Notes: generated by a model not told the origin, from the sequence alone. Positions 40,027 through 50,684 are shown, counted from the first letter of the stretch. The stretch is 64,000 bases of DNA from an uncultured delta proteobacterium (GCA_963848295.1 CAWKDB010000010.1:2144001-2208000); one strand, 5' to 3'. Made by a program: numbers and translations.

Positions 40027-40875
40027 CTACGCCACGGTCGTCGCTTTGGCCACCGACGTCACGCGGGTCTCGAGCTGCGCGATCCGCTGGACGATCTCGC
40101 TCTGGCCGCGCAGCAGCTTGTCGATCGCGGTCTCGTTCTTGAGGTTCACTTGATAGGTGTTCATCGCGAGCGCCTTGTCCTTCGCCGCTTGCCGGTTCTG
40201 ACTCATCATGATGATCGGCGCTTGCAGGGCCGCGACCGTCGACAAGAACAGGTTCAGGAACATGAACGGCAGCACGTCGAACGCGACTGGCTTCTCGAAG
40301 ATCGTGTTCCACAGCATCCACACCAGCATGAAGCCGGTGAACCAGAAGATGAACGGCCAGCTGCCGCCGAACGACGCGACGATGTCGGCGACGCGATCGC
40401 CGAATGACAGCTTGCCTTCCTCTTCTTCGAGCACGTTGCGCGACACCGTGCGCGTCATCAGCTCGTTCGTCGCGCGCATGCGCTCGCCGACCTCGTGCAT
40501 GATCGTCAGCGCGGCCTCGGGGTGCTCCTTGACGAACGTGATGAAGTCATCGCGGTCGAGCGCGAGCAGCGAGCTATCTCGACTCGCCACTGCGGTCGCG
40601 GAGCGCGGCGCACCGTCGAGCAGCGACAGCTCGCCGAAGTACTGCTGCTTGAACAGCGAGGTCAGCGTGACCTTCTGCTGCTTGTCGTTGCTGACGATGA
40701 TATCGACCGCGCCGTCGACGATGATGTACATCGCGTCGCCGTCGTCGCCCTGCGCGAACACGTCTTGGCCGGCGGTGAGCGTGGACTCGCGCAGCTTGCC
40801 GGCCAGCGCGGCGAGGTAGTCCTGGTCGAGGGACTCGAACAACGGGATGCCTTGTAGCAGCTCGATACGATCCAT
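40027..40875 (-). CDS. cNMP-binding + DUF1003 membrane protein
   Basis: YFGELSLLDGAPRSATA; FGGSWPFI, FLNLFLSTVAALQAPIIMMSQNRQ. Confidence 0.9.
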   Translation of the reverse strand: MDRIELLQGIPLFESLDQDYLAALAGKLRESTLTAGQDVFAQGDDGDAMYIIVDGAVDIIVSNDKQQKVTLTSLFKQQYFGELSLLDGAPRSATAVASRDSSLLALDRDDFITFVKEHPEAALTIMHEVGERMRATNELMTRTVSRNVLEEEEGKLSFGDRVADIVASFGGSWPFIFWFTGFMLVWMLWNTIFEKPVAFDVLPFMFLNLFLSTVAALQAPIIMMSQNRQAAKDKALAMNTYQVNLKNETAIDKLLRGQSEIVQRIAQLETRVTSVAKATTVA

Positions 40876-40911
40876 AGCGGGCTCGACGCTATCACGCTAT
40901 CGTCCGCGGCC

Positions 40912-43003
40912 ATGTCCACGCGATCGCTCGCCCTCGTCGTCGCCGCCGCTTGTTCGAGTGGAACGAAGCCGACGACTACGCCGTCTCCAATGCCGCCGCC
41001 GGCGCCGAAGCCGCGCGAGTCCAAGATGGACTGGGCAACGAAGCCGATGACGCTCGCCGAGTCCGGCATCGTCCCCGCATGGCTCGATCGCGCCGCGGAC
41101 CCGTGCAGCGATTTCTTCGCCTACGCATGCGGCGGCTTCACGAAGACCGCGACGATCCCCGATGACCGCGCGGCGTGGGGTGCGATCGAGATGGTCCAGC
41201 GCGACGTCGAAGAGTTTCTCGAGAAGGTGCTCGAGGACGCGGCGGCGAAGCCGAGCGGCGACCCGGGCGTCGACAAGCTCGGCGCGTTCTACGCGGCGTG
41301 CATGGACGAGGGCGCCGTGGAGACGGCCGGCACGAAGCCGATCCAACCGTATCTCGATCAGATCGCCGCGGTGACCGACGCGAAGTCGGCGGCGAAAGAA
41401 GTGATCGCGCTACACGTCGCGGGCTTCGATCCGTTCTTCTCGGTGTCGAGTGGACAGGACCTCGCCGATGCGACGCAAGTGATCACGAACCTCGACCAGA
41501 GCGGGCTCGGGCTGCCGGATCGCAAGTATTACCTCGAGACCAAGGGCTCGATCCCGAAGACGCGCGACGCGTATCGCGAGCACATGGTGCGGATGTTCCA
41601 GCTGCTGGGCAGCAAGGCGGCGAACAAGCAGGCGGCGAACGCGTTCCGGATCGAGGCCGCGCTCGCGAAGCTGCAACAGGACGAGGTCGTGCGCCGCGAT
41701 CCGCACGCGGTCTATCACCGGGTCGAGCGCGCCGGCCTGCTCGCAGTCCGCGCCGAGCTTCCCGTGGGCCGACCTGCTGACCGCCCTCGAGCTGCCGTCG
41801 GTGACCGCGATCAACGTCAACGATCCGGCGTACTACCCTGCCGTCGCGAAGATGGTCGCGAGGGAGTCGCCTGCAGCGTTGCGCGACTACCTGACGTGGA
41901 CGGTGCTGCGCGGTAGCGCCGACCTCCTCGGCAAGGCCTGGGTCGATGAAGCGTTCGCGATGCAGCACGTGCTGACCGGCGTCAAGGCGCTACCGCCGCG
42001 CTGGCGGCGTTGCGTTCACCGCACCGATCGCGATCTCGGCGAGCTCCTCGGCCAGTCGTATGTCAAAGCGAAGTTCGGCGGCGACTCGAAGGCACGCGCC
42101 ACCGAGCTGACCAAGGAGATCCTCGGCGCGATGCGCAGCGAGCTCGATCAGCTGCCGTGGATGGATGGACCGACGCGCAAGGCCGCAGTCGAGAAGCTCG
42201 ACAAGATGGAGTACCTCGTCGGCTATCCGGACAAGTGGCGCGACTATACGTTCGCGATCGATCGAGCGACCTACGCCGCGAACGTGTTCGCGGCTCGGCA
42301 CTGGGAGCTCCATCGCGAGCTCGCAAAGATCGGCAAGCCGGTCGATCGCCACGACTGGGAGATGACGCCGCCGACGGTGAATGCGTACTACGACCCGTCG
42401 CTGAACCAGCTCGTGCTACCCGCCGGCCAGCTCCAGCCGCCGTTCTTCGGGCGCGCGTTCCACCCGGCGGTCAACTTCGGCGACACCGGCGGCGGCACGA
42501 TCGGTCACGAGATGACGCACGGCTTCGACGACGAGGGCGCCGAGTACGACAGCAACGGCAACATGCGCGACTGGTGGAGCAAGGCGACCAAGGCGCAGTT
42601 CACGGCTGCGACCAAGTGCATCATCGATCAGTACGCGAACTACGAGGCCGTGCCCGGCGTTCACCTCGACGGCAAGCTCACCGCGGGTGAGAACATCGCC
42701 GACAACGGCGGCGTGAAGCTCGCGTACGAAGCCTACAAGGCCTATCGCTCGCGCCTACAGCCTCCGCCGCCCCACGAGGTCGAGGGCTTCACCGACGATC
42801 AGCTGTACTACCTCGCGTACGGGCAGTCGTGGTGCGACAAGGCGACCCCCGAATCGCTAGAGACCTCGGCGCACATCAACCCGCATTCGCCGCCGAAGTG
42901 GCGCGTCGATGGCGTGATCGTCAATCAGCCCGGGTTCGCGAGCGCGTTCAAGTGCGCGGCCGGCACGCCGATGAACCCGGGGACGAGCTGCAGCGTCTGG
43001 TAG
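40912..43003 (+). CDS. M13 (neprilysin/PepO) metallopeptidase lipoprotein, frameshift near 41749
   Basis: DPCSDFFAYACGG, GLGLPDRKYY; VNAYY, HEMTH, GENIADNGG; one extra C in gcagtccgcgccg. Confidence 0.9.
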
Positions 43004-43079
43004 CGGAAATGCCGGGCCCTCGCGGCCGGTTAGCGATTCGCTGTCATGTTCTGCGCGCGGCGAGGCACTACCGGCTGAC

Positions 43080-44543
43080 ATGGGACGAGTCGCAGTCATC
43101 GACGGAACCGCACCGCCATCCGGCGGCGCGAGCGACGGCGAGCTGATCGCCGCCAGCCGGCGAGGCGAACGCGCGGCGTTCGGCAAGTTGGTCGCGCGCT
43201 ACCAGGACGTGGTCTGCACGGTGTCGTACAGCACGACCGGCGATTGGCCGCTCAGCGAGGACGTGGCACAAGACACGTTCATCGCGGCGTGGCGTCAGCT
43301 CGGTCAGCTGCGCGAGACCGCGCGGCTCCGGCCGTGGCTGTGCGGGATCGCGCGCAACCTCGCCCGCAAGGCGCGCAAGCGCGGCGCGCGCGAGCGCGGG
43401 CACGAGCCGGCCGACGACGAGCTGCCGGCGCCGAGTGGGACTCCGTTCGAGCACACCGCGCGCGCCGAGACCGAACAGGTCGTGCGCGATGCGCTCGCGC
43501 GGATTCCCGACGGTTATCGCGAAGCGCTCGTGCTGTTCTATCGCGAAGGCTGCTCGGTCCGCGAAGTCGCCGACGCGCTCGGAATCTCCGAGCCGGCGGC
43601 GCTGCAACGGCTCACGCGCGGTCGGCGGCATCTCGCCGACGGGGTGACCGATCTCGTCGAGCGCTCGCTGCGCGCGCCGAGGCGGACCCGCTACCTCGTC
43701 GGAGGCGTGCTCGCGGCGCTGCCGGTGATCGCGACTGCGTCCCGTGTCGATGCCTCACCTCACAAAGGATCGACCATGCTGAAATTCGCGTTCACCGCCG
43801 CCGCGCTCGTCGCGACCGGCACCACCGCCTACGTCGTTCATCACGCGTACGCCGAGCCCGCTGCACCCGTCGCCGAGGTCGTAGCTGCGCCAGCGGCCGC
43901 GCACCGCGCCGAGATCTCGCCCGAGGTCCCGAGCCTGCCGGTCGCCCGAACCGCCGCCGTGCCGAGCCGGGCCAAACCGGTCCCGGTACCGAGCCTGTCC
44001 CGCGATCAGGCGCCGCAGATTCCGGCGGCGACCGTCGAACGCTTGCATCTTCTGCGCGGGCCATCGCGCGGCCCGGCCGACGCGCCGATCGAGATCGTCG
44101 AGTTCCAAGACATGAACTGCACGTATTGCGGCAAAGCGCTCGCGACGATCGATCAGCTGTTCGACGACTATCCGAACAAGGTGCGGCTCGTCGTCAAACA
44201 GTTCCCGGTGCACACGGCGTCGGAGCTACCGGCCGAAGCGCTGTTCGCGGCGGACGCGCAGGACAAGTTCTGGGATCTCCACGACCTGATGATGGCGCAC
44301 CAAGACGAGCTGTCGCGCGCAGGCATCCTCGATCTCGCCCAGCAAGCCGGGATGGACGTGACGGCGCTCACCGCGGCGCTCGATCAGCACCGGTACGCAC
44401 CCGACGTCGCCGCCGATGTCGCCGCCGCGAAGGAGATCGATGTTCACGCCACGCCGACGTTCCTGATCAACGGTCGCGAAGTCACCGGTGCGTTTCCGGT
44501 CGAAGTGTTTCGCGCGTTGATCGACGAGACGCTGCGTCAGTGA
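43080..44543 (+). CDS. ECF sigma factor fused to a TM helix and DsbA/thioredoxin domain
   Basis: SEDVAQDTF..AW, LFYREGCSVREVA; RGPADAPIEIVEFQDMNCTYC, ATPTFLING. Confidence 0.88.
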   Translation: MGRVAVIDGTAPPSGGASDGELIAASRRGERAAFGKLVARYQDVVCTVSYSTTGDWPLSEDVAQDTFIAAWRQLGQLRETARLRPWLCGIARNLARKARKRGARERGHEPADDELPAPSGTPFEHTARAETEQVVRDALARIPDGYREALVLFYREGCSVREVADALGISEPAALQRLTRGRRHLADGVTDLVERSLRAPRRTRYLVGGVLAALPVIATASRVDASPHKGSTMLKFAFTAAALVATGTTAYVVHHAYAEPAAPVAEVVAAPAAAHRAEISPEVPSLPVARTAAVPSRAKPVPVPSLSRDQAPQIPAATVERLHLLRGPSRGPADAPIEIVEFQDMNCTYCGKALATIDQLFDDYPNKVRLVVKQFPVHTASELPAEALFAADAQDKFWDLHDLMMAHQDELSRAGILDLAQQAGMDVTALTAALDQHRYAPDVAADVAAAKEIDVHATPTFLINGREVTGAFPVEVFRALIDETLRQ

Positions 44544-44836
44544 AACAACCCGTGGCCGGCGAGGCCGCCGGTCGGCCCCGTGCTCGGACGCGGCCCGGTG
44601 ACCTCGTCGTCGAGCGCTTGCTGCGACTGCCCTTCGACGTGCCGCGACGTCCGGCGCGCGGCCCGAGGCAGAGGGATCTCACTCGAGACCTCGTCGATCA
44701 GCCCGTGTAGGGCTCGATCGAGCTCGGTCGCATTCTTGTCCGAGAGCGCGCCGGCGCGTCGCGGCCGCGAATGCACGTACCAAGCGCAAAGCACGAGGGC
44801 CGCGGTGCCCAGAACAACCGCGATCAAGATCGTCAT
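44537..44836 (-). CDS. Small single-TM hypothetical protein
   Basis: MTILIAVVLGTAALVLCAWY; sigma54-like motif just upstream. Confidence 0.55.
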   Translation of the reverse strand: MTILIAVVLGTAALVLCAWYVHSRPRRAGALSDKNATELDRALHGLIDEVSSEIPLPRAARRTSRHVEGQSQQALDDEVTGPRPSTGPTGGLAGHGLFH

Positions 44837-44848
44837 ACCGCTCGATCG

Positions 44849-44864
44849 TGCAATGGCTGCTCCA
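44849..44864 (-). promoter_or_regulatory. Candidate sigma54 promoter
   Basis: TGGAGC-AGCCA-TTGCA 12 nt before ATG 44836. Confidence 0.5.
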
Positions 44865-44989
44865 AGGCGAGATCCCCGAGAGCGCGACCGCATCGCCTCG
44901 CTCCTGGACGCACACGGCTCGACGGGCGTTCGCGCACGCGACGGGACGCCACTGAACAGATTGTCAGACTCGCATGCGAACGTCTGCGC

Positions 44990-46942
44990 ATGAACGGACC
45001 GAGGTTTCAGCTGTCGCGCGGCGATGCCGTGACGTGGCTGCGAACGCTGCCGGCGGCGTCCGTCGATCTCGCGATCACGGATCCGCCATACGAATCACTC
45101 GAAAAGCATCGTGCGATCGGCACGACCACGCGGCTCAAGCACAGCAAGGCTTCGAGCAACGACTGGTTCAAGATCTTCCCGAATACGAGATTTCCCGAGC
45201 TATTCGCCGAGATCTATCGCGTGCTGAAGAAGGACAGCCACTTCTACTTGTTCTGCGATCCGGAGACGATGTTCGTCGCGAAGCCGATCGGCGAGGCCGC
45301 CGGCTTCAAGTTTTGGAAGCCGATCATCTGGGACAAGTGCCTGGGCCCAGACACGCTGGTGTGGACCGAGCGCGGAACGATCCGAATCGCGGACGTGGTC
45401 GCAGGTGACCGTGTCGCCCTGCCCGAAGGCGGTACCACAGAGGTGAAGGCCGTGCGGAACACGAAGGCGCCCTCCGTGAAGCTGACGCTCTCGGACGGAA
45501 CCGACCTCATCGCCTCGCGCGAGCATCGATTGTCTCGGAGCGACGGTGCGCTCGTCGAAGCGGCGGCACTCGAGGTCGGCGACACGCTCTGTACACGTCC
45601 CGTGCGAGAGCGAATTCGCTCGTCGTTGGATCTCGACGCGGTGATCCCGGACGAAGATGCGGTCTACGAACTTCCGGACATCACTGCGTGCTTGTGGTGT
45701 GGCGAAAAATTCCAGAACTCCAGGGCCGCAGCGGCGCATCAGGCGCGTTGGTGCGAGGCTCCGATGTCTAAGCGAACGTTGGCACAGGAGCTTGGAATCA
45801 AACCCAAGCGCCTGCGCCGCTGGATGCATCGCGGCCGCATTCCCAAGACATGGGCGCACGCTCTCGGCATCGAAGACAAGCTGCGGCGCCGGATTCAGTG
45901 CTGTCTCCAGAACGATGTCGAGATCTGGTACCCGCGCACCTTGCCGCTCGACTACGAGCTCGGAAAGGTGATCGGTTTGTATGCCGCAGAGGGCTCGCGC
46001 ACACCGAACACCGTGTCGTTCGCGTTTCATTCGCACGAGAAGCATCTCCACGCCACGATCGCTCGCTTCGCGAGATCGCTCGGTGTGCGAGCGCACATCG
46101 ACATCGACGGCAACAAAGCGGTCGTCCATGTCGACTTCAAAGTGATGAGCTATCTCATCGAACACTTTGTCGGCGGCAGGGATGCCATCGCCAAGTTCTT
46201 CAAGCCGACGGTGTACGCGACTCCGGAAGCGTTCCGCCACGGCGTGCTCGACGGCCTGATCGAAGGCGATGGCCATTGGGCTAACGACGAGCAGCGCGAG
46301 AGCTACACCAGCGCATCAGCCGACCTGACGATGTTCGTGCGCAGGGAGCTGGAGGCGCGCGACCGCGCTCCAACGGTCCGTCGATTCGAGAATGATCATG
46401 CCGGCGCATGGACGGTGCGGTTCGATCCGATCAATCGTGCGGAACAAACCACAATCGTCGCGGTCGATGACGTTGGTGAGCAAGAGCTGGTCGATATCTC
46501 GGTCTCCGATCGCGACGAGCTCTACTTGCTTGCGAATGGCGTGGTCACGCACAACTGCAAGATCGGGATGGGCTACCACTACCGCGCCCGGTACGAATGC
46601 ATTCTGTTCTTCGAGAAGGGCAAGAAGAAGCTTAACGACTTGGGCGTGGCCGACATCATCCAATCGTCCCGGATCAGCGGCGGTTACCCTGCGGAGAAAC
46701 CACCCGAGGTGAGCGAAGTACTCGTGCGGCAGAGCACCGAGCCCGGGCAGCTCGTGATCGATCCGTTCATGGGCTCGGGCTCGGCAGGCGTCGCGACGTT
46801 GCGCAACGGCCGCGACTTCTACGGCAATGACTTGTGCGTCGAGGCGGTCGACATCACGCGCCGCCGGCTCGCCGACGTCGGCGGGCGCGAGCTCGAGCGC
46901 GCCGCGACGGTCGAGCATCAGCCACAGCTCGGCCTGTTGTGA
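44990..46942 (+). CDS. Beta-class N6A/N4C DNA methyltransferase interrupted by an intein
   Basis: ITDPPY in the N-extein; YPAEKP and IDPFMGSGS in the C-extein; about 244 aa after splicing. Confidence 0.92.
   Translation: MNGPRFQLSRGDAVTWLRTLPAASVDLAITDPPYESLEKHRAIGTTTRLKHSKASSNDWFKIFPNTRFPELFAEIYRVLKKDSHFYLFCDPETMFVAKPIGEAAGFKFWKPIIWDKCLGPDTLVWTERGTIRIADVVAGDRVALPEGGTTEVKAVRNTKAPSVKLTLSDGTDLIASREHRLSRSDGALVEAAALEVGDTLCTRPVRERIRSSLDLDAVIPDEDAVYELPDITACLWCGEKFQNSRAAAAHQARWCEAPMSKRTLAQELGIKPKRLRRWMHRGRIPKTWAHALGIEDKLRRRIQCCLQNDVEIWYPRTLPLDYELGKVIGLYAAEGSRTPNTVSFAFHSHEKHLHATIARFARSLGVRAHIDIDGNKAVVHVDFKVMSYLIEHFVGGRDAIAKFFKPTVYATPEAFRHGVLDGLIEGDGHWANDEQRESYTSASADLTMFVRRELEARDRAPTVRRFENDHAGAWTVRFDPINRAEQTTIVAVDDVGEQELVDISVSDRDELYLLANGVVTHNCKIGMGYHYRARYECILFFEKGKKKLNDLGVADIIQSSRISGGYPAEKPPEVSEVLVRQSTEPGQLVIDPFMGSGSAGVATLRNGRDFYGNDLCVEAVDITRRRLADVGGRELERAATVEHQPQLGLL
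45338..46555 (+). mobile_element. Intein (406 aa) with LAGLIDADG homing endonuclease
   Basis: Block A CLGPDTLV, block B ASREHRL, IGLYAAEGS and LDGLIEGDG, LVDISV, ANGVVTHN followed by +1 Cys. Confidence 0.95.
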
Positions 46943-46948
46943 GCTGAC

Positions 46949-47416
46949 GTGACCGGCAACCAATACCGCGATCTGATCGCGGCTTACATCGACGAGAACT
47001 ACGGCATCGGGGCGCGCGGCGACGGTGGGCTCGACGTCTACAAAGAGGTCTCGCTCGGCAAGACGATCATCGGCAAGGATCGCCAGATCGACGTGTTCGT
47101 CGTGCGACCGAGCGATCGCAAGGCCCTCGCGATCGAGTGCAAGTTCCAAGACACGCAGGGCACGGTCGACGAGAAGATTCCGTACGCGCTCGCCGATCTC
47201 GAGGCCTTGTGGGTCCCGGGCTGTCTCGTCTACGCCGGCAAGGGCTGGTCGCGCGGCGTGCTGCACACGCTCGAGCAATCGCGCCTCGCGTGCAGCTGCT
47301 TGCCCGAGCGCTCGCTCGTCCGGTCCAAAGGCACCCGCGAGCTCGACCACACCCTCGCCGCCATCTTCGGCCTCTGGGACCTCGTGTTGCCGGCGAGCAA
47401 GCGCCTACGCCGCTAG
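46949..47416 (+). CDS. PD-(D/E)XK nuclease, putative restriction endonuclease
   Basis: RQIDVFV...AIECKFQ..GTVDEKIPY; begins 6 bp after the MTase stop. Confidence 0.82.
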   Translation: MTGNQYRDLIAAYIDENYGIGARGDGGLDVYKEVSLGKTIIGKDRQIDVFVVRPSDRKALAIECKFQDTQGTVDEKIPYALADLEALWVPGCLVYAGKGWSRGVLHTLEQSRLACSCLPERSLVRSKGTRELDHTLAAIFGLWDLVLPASKRLRR

Positions 47417-47431
47417 AAACGCGCGTACCGG

Positions 47432-50143
47432 TCAAGGTGGCTCGATGACGTACAGATCGCTGGTGTCGCTCGGTAGATCGTAGACGATCTGCGAGCCATC
47501 GCCGTCGATCGTGACGCTCGAGTGCTTCGGGCGATCCTCGGGATCGATGCGCGCCCATTCCACTCGCTTCGTGAGGTCTTGCAGCTCGACGCGAGAGATC
47601 ACGCGCGGCCAGTTGTGCGCATTCATCGTGAACAGATAGCGGCCATCGCTCGAGAAGCTCATCGGGAGCAGCGGCTCGGGGTCGTCGAGATGGCGCGTCG
47701 CACCGCCGACCGTCGTGATCACGTCGAGACCGCCGCGCGGATCACCGACCGCGAATAACCGACCATCCGGCGAGATCGGGTGGCGTCCGGTCGGCGCGGG
47801 ATCGGGCCCGATCGGCGCAGGCGCGCCTCCTTGCAGGTCGAGCAGCCACAGCCGCATCGCTTTGTCTTTCTCCGCGGCGCGCACGATGACGTGACGGCCG
47901 TCGGCGCTGACCGCCGGCAGGTCGCCGAGATCGGGTGTCGCGATCGCACCGGTGGGCACCGGCTTCTCCTGGACCTCGTCGAGCGCGACCTTGCGAAGAA
48001 ATGGCGGCGCCCCGCACAGCTCCAGCGCGGAGTTGCCGTCCGGCATGATCACGATCTGGTGCGCGGATCCGACTCGAAACGGCTCTCCGCCCGTCCGTAC
48101 CGCGAAGGCGGAGAACCCACCGGCATCGGGATGGCCGAGCCCGCTGTGGATGAAGCCGAGCACGTTGCCATCGCTCGAGATCGATTGGATCGTCGATTCT
48201 TCGTACGTGCGGATCGCATCCGAGTGCGTCTGATGGCCTTCACTGTCGACCGCGATCCTGAACATCCTGATGCGCGAGTCGGTCGGCGCGACGAGCAGCC
48301 GGCCGTCCTCGGCGATGTCGAGCACTCGCGTCCGCAGCGGTTCGCGCAACACGACGCGTTCGTGGTGATCGAGCGACAGCGCCCGGATCTCGCCTCCTGC
48401 TCCGAAGTCGACCTCGCGGTCGCCCGGCGGCCACGCCAGCCCGTCGATCGCGTCGAACGCCTGCGACTCCGAGACCTCGCGGCCGTCGAGATCGACGATC
48501 ACGACCCGGCCGTGCGTGTCGGGCGACGAGCTCTGCTCGACGAACGCGATGTGCCGTCCGTCGCGCGAGATCCGCGGCGTGGCGATCTCGCCGGACTTGC
48601 GCGTCACGATCGTCTTGCCGATCGGAAACTCGAGCGTCGCCCCGCCTGGTCCGCGCCGGGTGATCGCGATTTGCTCGCCGTCCGGCGCCCACGATGCCTC
48701 GATCACGCCCTTCGCCACAGGCGTCGCCGAGCCGCTGCTCGGCATCGCGCGAGCGAGCGTGCCGCCGACATCGGTCTTGTCCGGCAGCCGGACCAGCAAC
48801 TCGTCGCGCTTGGAGACATCGAGCACCCGGCCCTCGCCCTCTGGAGACGAGGTGATGAGCGGCTCGATCTGCGTGCGGACGATCCGCCACTGTTCGCCGA
48901 CCCGCACGGAGTGCACGACGCTGCGGCCCGAGCGATCGAACCGCGCGAACCACTGCGCTTGCGAGTGATACGTGATCCGGCGCCATGCCGGACCGCCCTC
49001 GATCAGCGACGGAAACACGCGCGCTGCGGGCGATGGCTTCGGCGACCGGCGCCAGAGCACGACGAGCGCCCCGGCGAGCACGACGCACACCGCGCCGAGC
49101 ACGATCGCGATGCGAGCGCCGCGCGCCGACCGCGGCCGGAGCTCGGTGGCCGGTGCCCTCGGAATCGGCACCGTGCCTTCCGCGACGACCTGGGGCGCGG
49201 CGAGCGTCGGCGCCGATGGCACGTCGGTCCTCGCACTCGGCGTCGGCGTTGCGTCGGCGCGGCTCGGCATCGTGTCCGAGACCTCGATCGCATCGAGTGC
49301 GAACGCTAGATCGGCAGCGGACTGAAACCGCGCGTCGGGCCGCTTCTCGAGACAGCGCGCCACCACGCGTCCGAGCGCCGCCGGCACGGTCGCCGGCAGC
49401 GTCGCCGGCGGTAGCTTGAGGATCGCGTACGACTCCTCGACGTTGGTCTCGGACTCGAACGGCCGGCGGCGCGCGAGCATCTCGTACAGCACGACGCCGA
49501 GCGCGAACAGATCGGCGCGAACATCGATCGCCCCACCCGCGACTTGCTCCGGCGCCATATAACCCGGCGTGCCGATCACCATCCCGGTGCCGGTCGCCGA
49601 CGTGGACCCGCTGTGACCGCCGATCGTCGCGGCGCTGCCGATGTCGCCGTCGCCGGGCGCATCCCGGCGCAGCTTCGCGATGCCGAAGTCGAGGATCTTC
49701 ACGCGCCCCGAGTCGGTGACGTAGATATTGTCCGGCTTGATGTCGCGATGAACGACACCGGCGCCGTGCGCGGCCGAGAGCCCGCGCGCGATCTCGGCGG
49801 CGAGCTTGACCGCCTCGCGCGTGCTCGGCGGCGACCGATCGATCACCTGGCGCAGCGAGTGACCGTCGAGCAGCTCGGTGACGAGATACGGCACGCCGTC
49901 GTGGCGGCCGACGTCGTGCAGGATCACCAGATTCGGGTGGTTGAGCCCGCCGATCGTACGCGCCTCTTGTTCGAACCGGCGTAGCCGCTCGCCGTCGTCG
50001 CGCAGCGCCTCGGGCAACACCTTGATCGCGACCGCGCGCCCGAGCCGCGAGTCGAGCGCGCGATACACCACTCCCATTCCACCGGCCCCGATCCGCTTCT
50101 GGATCTCGTAGGGTCCGACGCGCGTACCTGCGCTCAACTCCAT
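47432..50143 (-). CDS. Ser/Thr protein kinase with TM helix and TolB/PD40-like beta-propellers
   Basis: IGAGGMGVVY, HRDIKPDN, DFG, GTPGYMAPE; WAPDG/ISRDG/ISPDG repeats. Confidence 0.93.
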   Translation of the reverse strand: MELSAGTRVGPYEIQKRIGAGGMGVVYRALDSRLGRAVAIKVLPEALRDDGERLRRFEQEARTIGGLNHPNLVILHDVGRHDGVPYLVTELLDGHSLRQVIDRSPPSTREAVKLAAEIARGLSAAHGAGVVHRDIKPDNIYVTDSGRVKILDFGIAKLRRDAPGDGDIGSAATIGGHSGSTSATGTGMVIGTPGYMAPEQVAGGAIDVRADLFALGVVLYEMLARRRPFESETNVEESYAILKLPPATLPATVPAALGRVVARCLEKRPDARFQSAADLAFALDAIEVSDTMPSRADATPTPSARTDVPSAPTLAAPQVVAEGTVPIPRAPATELRPRSARGARIAIVLGAVCVVLAGALVVLWRRSPKPSPAARVFPSLIEGGPAWRRITYHSQAQWFARFDRSGRSVVHSVRVGEQWRIVRTQIEPLITSSPEGEGRVLDVSKRDELLVRLPDKTDVGGTLARAMPSSGSATPVAKGVIEASWAPDGEQIAITRRGPGGATLEFPIGKTIVTRKSGEIATPRISRDGRHIAFVEQSSSPDTHGRVVIVDLDGREVSESQAFDAIDGLAWPPGDREVDFGAGGEIRALSLDHHERVVLREPLRTRVLDIAEDGRLLVAPTDSRIRMFRIAVDSEGHQTHSDAIRTYEESTIQSISSDGNVLGFIHSGLGHPDAGGFSAFAVRTGGEPFRVGSAHQIVIMPDGNSALELCGAPPFLRKVALDEVQEKPVPTGAIATPDLGDLPAVSADGRHVIVRAAEKDKAMRLWLLDLQGGAPAPIGPDPAPTGRHPISPDGRLFAVGDPRGGLDVITTVGGATRHLDDPEPLLPMSFSSDGRYLFTMNAHNWPRVISRVELQDLTKRVEWARIDPEDRPKHSSVTIDGDGSQIVYDLPSDTSDLYVIEPP

Positions 50144-50169
50144 CCGCAGACCGAGTGTACCTCGCCGCG

Positions 50170-50655
50170 TCAGCGCACGCCGAACGACTCCTTCGAGAAT
50201 TCGACGTCGGCGCCATCGACCGTGACGTTGCCGTCGAGCGTCACGTGGCGATCCGTCCCGTCGCCCCCGTCGATGGAGACCGTAAAGAACGCATAGTCGG
50301 TGAACATGAGGTGGGTATGGTCGAACAGCACGTCACCGGAGAGATACACCAGGTCGTACGTGCTGACGGTCGTGTCGTCAGGGTGCGCGTCGCGCGATGG
50401 CCACAGGACAAGCTCGAGCGCGAGCCTTCGCGTGTCGAGCTCTTCGACATGCGCGTCGCACGGGGCAAGCGTGAACACCTCGCCGACGTCCGCCCCTTCG
50501 GCGGCGAGCATCTCACTGCCGCACGGGTTCGTTCCCGAGAACAAGAGCTCGTGCAAGCTCTCGTTCGAGGCGATGATCCGGTCCGCGATACGGTCGTGGT
50601 CGGACTCCACGCACCCGACGAGCAAGCACACGGCGACGACCGCGAGTGGTTTCAT
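50170..50655 (-). CDS. Hypothetical lipoprotein
   Basis: MKPLAVVAVCLLVGC. Confidence 0.65.
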   Translation of the reverse strand: MKPLAVVAVCLLVGCVESDHDRIADRIIASNESLHELLFSGTNPCGSEMLAAEGADVGEVFTLAPCDAHVEELDTRRLALELVLWPSRDAHPDDTTVSTYDLVYLSGDVLFDHTHLMFTDYAFFTVSIDGGDGTDRHVTLDGNVTVDGADVEFSKESFGVR

Positions 50656-50668
50656 GCCGGACCGACCG

Positions 50669-50684
50669 TGCAAGGGCATCGCCA
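50669..50684 (-). promoter_or_regulatory. Candidate sigma54 promoter
   Basis: TGGCGA-TGCCC-TTGCA 13 nt before ATG 50655. Confidence 0.55.
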
